Part shown: positions 1 to 9,025 of the stretch, piece after piece
Numbering within the stretch: position 1 is the stretch's first letter
How the letters are laid out: every line of letters begins with the position of its first letter
IMG/VR virus record: IMGVR_UViG_3300042904_000246
Location: 1 to 40,508 of that record
Direction: 5' to 3' (one strand)
Length of the DNA: 40,508 nucleotides
Source of the DNA: a virus
Taxonomy: Duplodnaviria > Caudoviricetes
Program-made: the position numbers and the translations under genes
Notes under the pieces: model-generated
Seen by the model: the letters and a program-made list of their open reading frames with translations, nothing else
Told to the model about the DNA's origin: nothing
Database searches by the model: none

Positions 1-3000
1 CCGAGAGGACGTTCGCTTTCCAGTAGGAATTGAGCATCGCGCCCGCGGTCATTTTCCCGCGCTTCCGGAGATACTCGATCATCGCCACCGGATCATTCTC
101 GGGGACGTTGGCGTCGAAGTCTTCCACCAGTGCCTTGATCTCGTCCTCGCTGAGTCCGGCGCGCTCGAGCTGCTGCTTTAGCTTCTTCGTCGCGAGGTCC
201 TTTTGCGTGAGCTGCTTCACCGCGCGCTTTTTGGCTTCGCCCTTCGTTGCCGTCCAGATCTCATCGAGCGCCTGATCCGAGAGCTCGCCCAGCTCGGAGC
301 GCATGATGCGCTTCCAGCCGTCCTTCCGCCGGTACCCGCCCTCGCGGAGACCCAGCCCTGCGACAACGAGATCGTCCCACAGTTCCGGCGGCACCGGTGA
401 GCCTTCCGGCCGCTGCCGGGAAGCTTCGTCCGCCGGCGCGTCCGCGGGATCCTGGAACAGCGGCCGACTCTTCAGCGCGTCCTTTAAGAACCGGAGCTTA
501 CTCCGTGTCTCCGTCGCCGTCACGAGCCGGTTTTCGGCGCCGAAGTCTTTGTCCGCCAGCTTCGCCGGCCTGCCCTGCGGACTCTTCGCCGTCTTTTCGC
601 GCGCCGGCGTCTTCTCCACGGAAAGCGCCCGTTCCACCAGCCGCATGGGGATATGGTCCGCAAGCGCCTGCTTCAACTTCCGATGAATATTGAGCGCGCG
701 GCCGGCTTCCGCGCTCGCCCCCTGGAGCGCCAGGGAGATCGCCTGGAAGCGGGTTTCGGCTTCCAGCAGGAGCGCCCGGTTGGCGGTGGTATCCTCGGCG
801 CTGTACGCCTCTTTAGCGCGGTAGACTTCGTCGCTGAGTCGGACGTGCATGGAAGCCAGCGCGTTAAGCTCTACGTCGTTGTACGCCCGCCCCGGTCGCT
901 GTTCAGCGCCGAGCACCCCTTCCTTAATGAGCTGCTTTACGGCCGCGGCCTTCCCTGCGTCCGCGTCCGCCCAGCTCGCGCCGGTCCGCCGGTGCGCGTC
1001 GTAAATCCCCCGGTTTTGCTCGTAATCGTCCCGGATGAGCTCGATAATCTCTTCCTCGACGCCGGATTGCCGGAGCTTTACCTCGTTGAGCGAGCCGATG
1101 TACTTCGGCTCAACCGCTTTATTCGCCGCCTCGGTCTCCGCCTGGAGCTCCTGGCGGTAGATCTCCTGCGCCATGGGCCAGATCGCCGCGGCATGCTTCC
1201 GGAAGCCCTCGCCGGCCACGCCCGCCAGCTCTTCCGTCCAGGCGTCGAAGTCCTGCGTCCCCCGCGCGTACCGAATAGCGCCGATCCGTGCCAGCTTCTC
1301 CGCCACCGCTTCGGGGAGTTTCGCCTCTTGGAAGAGGATCCGTGCGTCTTCCGGGTCCCACGTCCCGCGGTTGTTAACGCTCTTGATCTGCTCCGGCTGT
1401 AGAGCAACGTAGATCGTTCCTTCGTCCGCCGTGTTGCGGATAATCACCCCGTCATACTTGCCGGACCGCACAGCTTCGCGGAACGGGGCACCAGTAGCTC
1501 CGAACTGGACCACCCCCGCCGGCTTCCCCTTGGCGTCCACGATGTAAGGGTTTTGGAGCGAAAGATAGACCGGATATACCGATCCGTTCCGCGCGAAATG
1601 GTTCGCTGTGGACTGATCGCCAAAGAAGCCTGCGATTCGGATCCCAGGCTCGCCATGATGGAAAGCCGGGAATTCCGTTGTGCGCTGGATACGATCCACT
1701 TCGGGCCCGAGATCGTTGCCCTCTTCCTTCGTCCAGTCGTAAGGCCACATGCCTTTGTAGACGACGAGCGGCGCGCCCTCGGCGTCGACCACTTTCGACT
1801 TCCCGAACCACCGCTTGAATTCCGGCGAGTTCGTATCCCCCGGATTCAGGTCCGCAAGTGCCGCCTGCTCCTGCTCCTGAAAAAGCGGGATGCCTTCTAG
1901 CGCGGTCCGCCGCATCGCCGGCGTGATCTCCAGGGAGTGAACCTCTGCGGAATCGGTCGGCGTCCGGAGCCCAATCGATCCACCAAAGCGCACCGCGAGC
2001 CCTGGAGAGGCGTGCTCTTCCATGGCCGCTTGGAAGGTTTGCCCCTGGATCATCCCCCCGAGTACGTCCCGCGCCTGCTGCGTCCAGACCGCCGTGAGCT
2101 CCTGACTCGAGATGAGCGCCGCGAGATCCTTCTGGGTCCACTCCGGGCCGCGGTAGACCGCTTCCGCCTTACCCTCGACGTTCACGGCGCCCTTCGTGAC
2201 CTGCGCCCCGAACTTCTTCCCCCACTTGCTCGCATATCGCGGGAGATCCACGAGGTAACGGTTCACGATCGCGGTAACGTTCTGCACCCCGACGAAATAG
2301 GAAGGCTCGCCGTCCTTCTCTTCCGTCCGGAAACTCCCGCCCCAATGCTCGACCTCGGCCACCTGTTCCGCCGTCGCCGGCCATGTGAGCCGCGCGAAGC
2401 CGTTCTCGGCCCCCCAGCGGGCCATGCGCCGGAATACCGTCTCATGCCACGTCTTCGCGAGCGGCGCCGGCGCGACCTTTTCGTCGTTCACCATACGAAG
2501 CGCGTAAGCCGTTGCGTCCGCCTCGGTCGCGAAGGTGCCATGATTCAGCCCGTCTTGCCGTAGAGCGAACCGGTCCCCGTCGTTCACTGGACGAATCGAC
2601 CACCCTTCGGGCAGCTTCTCCTCGCGATAGCCCTGCTTCCGGCCGGCTTGGTGCCAGTCGCTTTGCAGCTCGGCCAGGAAGAGCACCTTCGCCCCGTCCG
2701 GCGTCTCGCGCTCATCGAAGCGGACATGGGCGAGAACGTTTTTCTCCCCGTTCCAGTGCGACGTATGGAACCGCGGCGCCCTGCTGTCAGACCACAGGCG
2801 CGCTAGTTCTGCTTCCGCCGCGTCGCGCTCTGCGCGGACGCTCGGATCCGCCACCGCGCGCGCCTGCAACTCCTGCGCCTTCGCCCTTTGGGCCCGTACT
2901 TCCGGCGATTCACTCTCCGGCAGCGTCAGCAGGAGTTCACGGTATCCCTTCCCGCCGGGAAGCGTCATGGATGAATACCGCGGCGCCCCTTCCGCCTTCT

Positions 3001-6000
3001 GCGCCTGGAGCGCTTCTAGCTCGCGATTGAGCTCTAGCCACTCCTGCGCCGGCCCCTGGACGTCTTCCGGGAGATCCTCGATCCGCACCCGCCCCTCGCG
3101 CAGACGGTTAGGCAGATTCGCTGCCTCGAGCTGCGACATATCCGCCTGCCATGCGAGATCCACTAGCCCAAAACGATTGATCTCGTCCTGTAGCTCCGAA
3201 ACCTGCTCGGCGCGCTTCTCGCCGGCCTCGCTGTACACCACCTCTTCGACGCGCACCTCGTTAGCGTCCAGATGCGCCAGGACCTCGGCCCGCGTGAAAG
3301 TCATGCGCGCTTTGAACGCCTCGATCTCCTTCCGAACAACGTTCGGCACCGGCTCGCCTTCCGCGCGGAATTCGCGCTCGACTTGCAGAGAGGCTTGATA
3401 GCGCTCCATCTCCACCGGCGAGAGGCTCTTCTCCGCGAGGAATTCGTCCAGGCCGGACCACTTCAGTTCGTCACTCTTGACCGCACCCCCCGACAGGATG
3501 CCGCGGAGCTGCTCGGTTGAGCCTTTCGCCGGAAACTTGGACTCAATGACGCGGCGCGCCTGCGAGTAATAGACCGGGCCCGCCGGCGTCTCTTCTTCCG
3601 CTTCCTGCTTGAGCGGCGCCTTCCGGTAGCGCGTGAGATCCACGATCTCGCCGGTGCCGTGCTTATCCTGCGTGACAATCCCGTCATACCCCGCGGCCAG
3701 GACCGCACGCGAGAGCGCATCGCCCGTCTTGCCGCCGAACTGTTGTGAGAGCGCTGCCTTCCAGCCGTCCGCGGCCACTACTAGCGGGTTGCGGAATTCC
3801 ACGCGCCCGGTTTCCCAGCCTTCCGGCACGCGCGACCCCGCGGTTTTCTCGGTCAGATAGCGACCCTTCGGCTCAAGTTCCTGCCCGAAACCTGTACTTG
3901 GCCCGCCCAGCGCCGGGTTTCGCAGGTACTCGAAGGCAAACGGCTTGCCGGTTTCCGGCTCGCTCTCTTGGAAGAGCGGCTTGCCCTCGCCCCCAACCAG
4001 CCGCTCCAGGCCGGCTTTAGCCGCCGCCCGGTCCGCGTGCCGACTCAGGATCTCGACTTTCCCCTGCTCGGTCTCCCCCAGCACCACATACGGGTTCTGC
4101 GCGTCGCCGGCGCGCGCGTAATCCAGCCGGTAATACGCCTTCCCGTTGACCGTGACCGGCGCCTCTGCGGACTGAAAGAGCGGGTTATCGCCCAGGAGCG
4201 CCGCGAGCTCCGCCTCTTCCTTCGCGAGCTGCGAGTCTAACTTTGCACGGTCCAACTTCGGCGCCGCTTTCGGCTCGACGGTCCGCGGCGCCTGCGCGGC
4301 GCGCGCTTCGGTCCGCACTGGCGCCCCCGCCGCCTTCCCCGCGCGGAGATCCAGCGCCCGCGCAAATACTTCCCGCACCTCGGGAGAAACGTCCAAGTCT
4401 AGCGAAGAACCTTCGACAGCCTGATACAGATCGAGGAACCAATCCCGGAGCCGCTCAAACACCTTGCGGACCCCGCCGGCCATACCCGCAAAGTCACCGT
4501 CCCGAATCACCCGCTCCAGCCCGCGCGCGACCTTCTCCTCGGCTTCCGTCGTCCAGTTGTCCCCCTCCACGCCCGCCCACTCCGCCAGGATCGCTTGATC
4601 CGCCCCGGAAAGGATCCGCCGCATTAAATGCGCGCCCTCGTGAATGAGCGTCGAAGCGTTGGCGTTATCGAAAAGCTGGATGAGCGCCCGCCCGTCCGCG
4701 GTGAAGTCGATCGCCCCCTGTGCGGTCCGCGCGGTATAGTCGCCGCTTACCCCGACCCGCTCGCGGTTCGCCTGGATCTCGATTCCCGCCACATGCTCGC
4801 GGAAGAACTCCTCTCGCTTCCGGCCGTAGCTCTTCGCCCAGCCGCGCGCCATGCGGTCGAAGTAGACGCCGGCGGCTTTCGCCTGTTCCTTATCGAAACC
4901 GTGCTCGAGCGCCGCCCGCTCCACGTCGCCGGCGGACTGGATCGTCCGCACCCGCCGCACCGGCGCCGCCTCGCCCTGCTTCCCGCCCTGCGCCGCGGCC
5001 CGCACCGTCGCCGGCTCACGATCGAGGATCACCTGCGCCCGCGGCACCGTCACCTTGCCGCCCTCGTTGAGCTGGACGGTCACTTTCCCGAATACCGCGG
5101 CCGTGACGCGCCCCTCGCGCGCTTTCCCGCCCACTTTGACCAGGACGGCCTTCCCCGGTCCGATCGTCTTATCGGCCTTCGCCTGCGCGCGCGTCTCCGC
5201 CGCGGTGAACTGCCCGGTGAGTTTGCGTTTATTCTCGGCGTGGACGAAGCCCTCTTTCCGCAAGCGCTCCGCCTTCCCCACGGAAGCGCCGCCTTTGATG
5301 GACTCGATCGCTACCCGGTGCCGCTCGGCTTCCGCGTCCCACTTGGCGCGCGTCTCCGCGTCCAGCTCCACGATCCGGGTTTCCCCGTCCACCTGCACGG
5401 ACACTGCATGCCCGCGCGCGGGCTTCACCGGCGCCGGTGTCGAAGTTTCCGCCGGAGAAGTTACACTAGCCTGCTCGGGCGCCGCGGCCCCCTCTTTCAC
5501 TACCTGCGCGGATTTTGCCGCCGCCTGTGCTTTCTTCGTCGCGCGCTGTTTCTCGGCGTACGCGTCCGCGGGGATCATCCGGAGATTCTTCACCAGGGAC
5601 TCGAGATCCACCGTCCCGGCGCTCGTTTGATAGCGCTTCATCTTTCCGCCGCGGGTATTCTCCCGGCCGGACGTTTGGAGCGCCTCGTAAATGAGCTCTA
5701 GGTCCTGCTCTGTATAACTTTCCGGTACTACCGTGTTTCCGTACTTGTCGCCGCCCGAGCCATACGCGCGCTCAATGAGCCCGCGTCCATCGGTCCCGGT
5801 CTCCTGCATGGAGCGACGCGCTTCCGCTTCCAGTTCGGCATTCTGCGCCGCTTCCTGCTCGCCGCCGTATTGCCGGAACACCTGCCGGAACTCGTCGAGC
5901 GCGTCGAGCCCCTGGACTTTCTCCAGGGTATCCAGCGCCGCCATGTAGCGGTCGATACCCAGCGCTTCGATCACCTCGCCGCCCGCGTCCGCGTCCGAGC

Positions 6001-9000
6001 CGTCCAGTAGCTCCGCCAGATCGGACGCCTCCGCGAACGTGAGTTTCGAGCCGTCGCCCAGCTTGAAGCCGCCCTTCGCGTCCGGCGCCACGTTGACCCC
6101 GCTAGAGCGCTTGAATTGCGGACCGGCCGGAGTCGAAGTTTCGGCCGCGGAACCTACACTAACCTGTTCCTGGCCCGCCGCCTGCGCGTTGAAGTGATCG
6201 AGCGAGATGAGCGCGATATCCGCCGGATCGGCAATCTGCCCCAACTCCCACGCGTCCTGAATCTTCGCCTCGAGGGACCCGGGCCGCTCGCTGAAAAGCA
6301 TGGCCTTCCCGCTACTCAAGCGCGCAAAGGCATCTTCCGCATACTTCCCCGTCAGATCCATACCGGAAAACGCACCGCTGAAATCATGTTCATGCTGCGC
6401 GCCGCCCGGGGTAGGGGAGAGTTCCGGAGTCGCAGTTTCCACCGCGGAACCTGCACTCTCCGGCGCCGCCTGGACGGGATCCAGCATCGCCGCGTCCGCC
6501 TGCCGGCGTCCACCGAGCACGGTTTCGCCGCCGGGAGCCGCGCCCGCCGGAGCCAGGGGAGCCGCGAGCGGGTCCGCAGTAGGGGACGCGCTAGGGTGGG
6601 GGACCGGCGCCGGACCCTGTCCAACTTCCGGCGGGGAAACTTGGGCGCCGGCTTCCGCTTGCGCCGCCGCCTGTGCTTCTAGATCGCGGTCGACGAGCCA
6701 CTCCTGCGCCGCTTCGATCCGCTTCGGTCCCAGGCGCCGCGTGAGCTCGTCGTACGCTTGATCGGGATCCGCGGCGCCGTCGAGCGCCTGGAGCTTGCCG
6801 GCGTCGTCCTCTACCTGCTGGAGCTCTAGCGCTTTCTTCGCCACTTCGGACGCCACCACGCGCGCCGCCGCCCGGTCGGACCGTAACTCCGGAGCCACCG
6901 CCATGGCGCCGGCGCCGGCGCTGAACAGCCCGCCGAACGCCGCGGCGCCCAGGAAGACCCCTTGCAGCTTCTTCGGGTCCCGCTCGCCTTCGAGTAGGGA
7001 TTGCGTGACTTCCTGGATCCCTTCCTCGAGCGCGCCGCCCGGGATCCCCTGGAGATAACGCCGCACCGGTCCGGAGCCCGCCAGCTTGGGGAAGAGCGCC
7101 GCGGAGAGCGCACCCGCGGCGCCGGACTGGAGCCCCTGTAAGCCGCCCTGCGCCATTTCCCCCGGCTTACCCTGCGCCGCGCGGGAAGCGGACTCAAACC
7201 CCGCGGTAAAGGTGGCCTCGGAGCCGACTTCCGCCAGCCCGCGGATCAAACTGTCCTTCACCCACTGCCGCGCGCCGCCGCGCTGGAGTGAGCCGACCAC
7301 GCCGGTTTGCATAGCCTGCGCCGCGGCTTCCGCCCCGAAGGCGCCTTGGGCGAGTCCGGTCGTCGCCGCGCCGCCCTGCGCCGCCAGCGGCCGGAGCGCG
7401 CGGAACAGCCCGAAGTCGGCCACGGTACCCGCCAACTCCGCGAGCCCGGTCGGATCCGCACTCTCCCCGTCCTGTACCAGCTTCACCAGCGCCATGGCGT
7501 CCGCGTACCGCTTTTGGGCAGGGGAGAGCGCGCTGTACGCCTTCTGGTACGGTGCGGACCGGATGATCTCCCGCACCTTTTCGGCCCGGTAAGAGTTCGC
7601 GGCGCCCACATTGAACGGATCGAACACGCCGCCCTTACTCGGGCGGTTGCCGCCAATCGGCAGGAAGCGGTCCAGGAACGTTGCCGCGGCCTTCACGTCG
7701 CCGGCATGCTTCCGGTATTCCTCGGTCCCCGGGACCGGGAGCGCCCGCGCCGCCGACTCCACGCGACTTTGTGCGGCGCGCGCGGTCCGGAGATCCAATT
7801 CCCGGCCGGCCTGCCCGAACGGGTTGAACGTTTGCGCCAGATTCCGCGCGCCCTGTGAGATCGCGTCTTCCCCCGGCAGCTCGGAGACGCGCGGCGCGTT
7901 CGCCCGCGCTTTCTCCTGCTGTTCGCGGATCCCGCGGATCTTGTGCCCGTCCGGCGTCACCTGCTCGACGAGCTCCTGCGCGTTCTTGAGCGGCCTCGTC
8001 ACTGCCTGGACGACCGGATTCTGCCCCACCCAATCGAGGAAGTTCGCCACGCCCTCGATTTGGCGCGCCTGCGGGGAGTCCGGAAACGGTAACTCGATCC
8101 CGGTCAGCGGATCGCGTACGACCCGCACCTTGCGCGCCGCCTCGGGCAGCGGCGCCACGCCCTGCACCTTCTGGAGTTCTTCCAGGCGCGCCCGCGCCGC
8201 CAGGACCCGCGCGTTATAGGTGTTCGCGAGCGGCTTCCCGCCGTTGCGCTTCAGGTCCGCATCGGTGCCGCGGATCTTGGCGAGTTCCGCCTGGATCGCC
8301 GGATCGTCCGGCCGGCGCGCCTGCGGGCCCGTCATGAGCGCGCTGATCCGGTCATGGGCGATCTTGCTCTTACGCTCCAGCTCCGCAATGAGGGTTTCCT
8401 GCCGCTCGATCTCCTTTACGGTGCGCGTCGCTACCGGTGGCCCGTAGGTTTGCCCTGACTCGGCCGCTTCCGTCGCCGGCTTCCGGTCCGCGCGCCAGGA
8501 GACATGCACATGGTCATGGTGATCCTTACCAGTCGGGAGCGCCTTCCCCCGCTTGTAACGGCCGTAACCGTCATAGTAGAGTTCGTACAGATCATTCCCG
8601 AGCTCGTTTTTAGCCTGCTCCGCAAACGCGCGCATGGCTTTCGGATCGCCGGCGTAATCAAAGGCGCCGTTCTGGACCCCGTCCGCCAGATGCAGCGAGC
8701 CCTTGGCGCCGCCGGCCCGCGCGTTCCGCGCCGGATCTCGCTTCCCGCTCGTCTTTTTCAAGCCATGGAGCTGCGCGAGCGCGTCCAGGCGCGCGGGTAG
8801 GGGAGCGGGAGCGGTGGCCGGTACCGCTGCGGCCGGCGCCTTCCGCCCCTCGGCGGCAGCGATCGCATGCGCGAAGGCGCTTTCATCACCACCCGCCGGC
8901 TCGGGAGCCGCGGACGGGGAAACAGGCGAAGCGCCGGGGATTTCTCCGCCGGCGCCCGGTGAACTGCGCGGTTGCTTGCCTTCCGCCTGCGCGATCAATG

Positions 9001-9025
9001 CCGCAAATGTTTGCTCGTCGCTCAT
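1..9025 (-). CDS. Giant (>3000 aa, 3' end outside the window) polyvalent virion/DNA-ejection protein with M15-type peptidase, HExxH metallopeptidase, two ART-like domains and a QSDWHQ domain
   Basis: ATG at 9025 overlaps the TGA of the upstream gene (ATGA). The track has no minus-strand ORF in this frame over 1-9025, consistent with an open frame leaving the window. Hand translation of several segments gives MSDEQTFAAL..., TSGKRDPARNARAGGAKGSLHL..AFD..HDHVHVSW (~8500-8770), STLIHEGAH..EEKVARGLE (HEGAH at 4628-4642), FRNPLVV..GYDGIVT..GEIVDL (~3625-3955), HWNGEKNVLAHVRF..KVLFLAELQSDWHQAGR (~2640-2760), FKRWFGKSKVVDAEGAPLVVYKG..PVYLSLQNP..YDGVII..PEQIKS (~1335-1835). Not every codon was checked by hand. 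Confidence 0.88.
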   Translation of the reverse strand, partial: MSDEQTFAALIAQAEGKQPRSSPGAGGEIPGASPVSPSAAPEPAGGDESAFAHAIAAAEGRKAPAAAVPATAPAPLPARLDALAQLHGLKKTSGKRDPARNARAGGAKGSLHLADGVQNGAFDYAGDPKAMRAFAEQAKNELGNDLYELYYDGYGRYKRGKALPTGKDHHDHVHVSWRADRKPATEAAESGQTYGPPVATRTVKEIERQETLIAELERKSKIAHDRISALMTGPQARRPDDPAIQAELAKIRGTDADLKRNGGKPLANTYNARVLAARARLEELQKVQGVAPLPEAARKVRVVRDPLTGIELPFPDSPQARQIEGVANFLDWVGQNPVVQAVTRPLKNAQELVEQVTPDGHKIRGIREQQEKARANAPRVSELPGEDAISQGARNLAQTFNPFGQAGRELDLRTARAAQSRVESAARALPVPGTEEYRKHAGDVKAAATFLDRFLPIGGNRPSKGGVFDPFNVGAANSYRAEKVREIIRSAPYQKAYSALSPAQKRYADAMALVKLVQDGESADPTGLAELAGTVADFGLFRALRPLAAQGGAATTGLAQGAFGAEAAAQAMQTGVVGSLQRGGARQWVKDSLIRGLAEVGSEATFTAGFESASRAAQGKPGEMAQGGLQGLQSGAAGALSAALFPKLAGSGPVRRYLQGIPGGALEEGIQEVTQSLLEGERDPKKLQGVFLGAAAFGGLFSAGAGAMAVAPELRSDRAAARVVASEVAKKALELQQVEDDAGKLQALDGAADPDQAYDELTRRLGPKRIEAAQEWLVDRDLEAQAAAQAEAGAQVSPPEVGQGPAPVPHPSASPTADPLAAPLAPAGAAPGGETVLGGRRQADAAMLDPVQAAPESAGSAVETATPELSPTPGGAQHEHDFSGAFSGMDLTGKYAEDAFARLSSGKAMLFSERPGSLEAKIQDAWELGQIADPADIALISLDHFNAQAAGQEQVSVGSAAETSTPAGPQFKRSSGVNVAPDAKGGFKLGDGSKLTFAEASDLAELLDGSDADAGGEVIEALGIDRYMAALDTLEKVQGLDALDEFRQVFRQYGGEQEAAQNAELEAEARRSMQETGTDGRGLIERAYGSGGDKYGNTVVPESYTEQDLELIYEALQTSGRENTRGGKMKRYQTSAGTVDLESLVKNLRMIPADAYAEKQRATKKAQAAAKSAQVVKEGAAAPEQASVTSPAETSTPAPVKPARGHAVSVQVDGETRIVELDAETRAKWDAEAERHRVAIESIKGGASVGKAERLRKEGFVHAENKRKLTGQFTAAETRAQAKADKTIGPGKAVLVKVGGKAREGRVTAAVFGKVTVQLNEGGKVTVPRAQVILDREPATVRAAAQGGKQGEAAPVRRVRTIQSAGDVERAALEHGFDKEQAKAAGVYFDRMARGWAKSYGRKREEFFREHVAGIEIQANRERVGVSGDYTARTAQGAIDFTADGRALIQLFDNANASTLIHEGAHLMRRILSGADQAILAEWAGVEGDNWTTEAEEKVARGLERVIRDGDFAGMAGGVRKVFERLRDWFLDLYQAVEGSSLDLDVSPEVREVFARALDLRAGKAAGAPVRTEARAAQAPRTVEPKAAPKLDRAKLDSQLAKEEAELAALLGDNPLFQSAEAPVTVNGKAYYRLDYARAGDAQNPYVVLGETEQGKVEILSRHADRAAAKAGLERLVGGEGKPLFQESEPETGKPFAFEYLRNPALGGPSTGFGQELEPKGRYLTEKTAGSRVPEGWETGRVEFRNPLVVAADGWKAALSQQFGGKTGDALSRAVLAAGYDGIVTQDKHGTGEIVDLTRYRKAPLKQEAEEETPAGPVYYSQARRVIESKFPAKGSTEQLRGILSGGAVKSDELKWSGLDEFLAEKSLSPVEMERYQASLQVEREFRAEGEPVPNVVRKEIEAFKARMTFTRAEVLAHLDANEVRVEEVVYSEAGEKRAEQVSELQDEINRFGLVDLAWQADMSQLEAANLPNRLREGRVRIEDLPEDVQGPAQEWLELNRELEALQAQKAEGAPRYSSMTLPGGKGYRELLLTLPESESPEVRAQRAKAQELQARAVADPSVRAERDAAEAELARLWSDSRAPRFHTSHWNGEKNVLAHVRFDERETPDGAKVLFLAELQSDWHQAGRKQGYREEKLPEGWSIRPVNDGDRFALRQDGLNHGTFATEADATAYALRMVNDEKVAPAPLAKTWHETVFRRMARWGAENGFARLTWPATAEQVAEVEHWGGSFRTEEKDGEPSYFVGVQNVTAIVNRYLVDLPRYASKWGKKFGAQVTKGAVNVEGKAEAVYRGPEWTQKDLAALISSQELTAVWTQQARDVLGGMIQGQTFQAAMEEHASPGLAVRFGGSIGLRTPTDSAEVHSLEITPAMRRTALEGIPLFQEQEQAALADLNPGDTNSPEFKRWFGKSKVVDAEGAPLVVYKGMWPYDWTKEEGNDLGPEVDRIQRTTEFPAFHHGEPGIRIAGFFGDQSTANHFARNGSVYPVYLSLQNPYIVDAKGKPAGVVQFGATGAPFREAVRSGKYDGVIIRNTADEGTIYVALQPEQIKSVNNRGTWDPEDARILFQEAKLPEAVAEKLARIGAIRYARGTQDFDAWTEELAGVAGEGFRKHAAAIWPMAQEIYRQELQAETEAANKAVEPKYIGSLNEVKLRQSGVEEEIIELIRDDYEQNRGIYDAHRRTGASWADADAGKAAAVKQLIKEGVLGAEQRPGRAYNDVELNALASMHVRLSDEVYRAKEAYSAEDTTANRALLLEAETRFQAISLALQGASAEAGRALNIHRKLKQALADHIPMRLVERALSVEKTPAREKTAKSPQGRPAKLADKDFGAENRLVTATETRSKLRFLKDALKSRPLFQDPADAPADEASRQRPEGSPVPPELWDDLVVAGLGLREGGYRRKDGWKRIMRSELGELSDQALDEIWTATKGEAKKRAVKQLTQKDLATKKLKQQLERAGLSEDEIKALVEDFDANVPENDPVAMIEYLRKRGKMTAGAMLNSYWKANVLS
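5434..6470 (-). repeat. Three dispersed ~45-55 bp imperfect repeats within the giant ORF
   Basis: Copies at ~5434-5485, ~6127-6180 and ~6424-6470 encode APEQASVTSPAETSTPA, GQEQVSVGSAAETSTPA and APESAGSAVETATPE; shared DNA core ccggWgtcgMagtttc. Confidence 0.7.
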
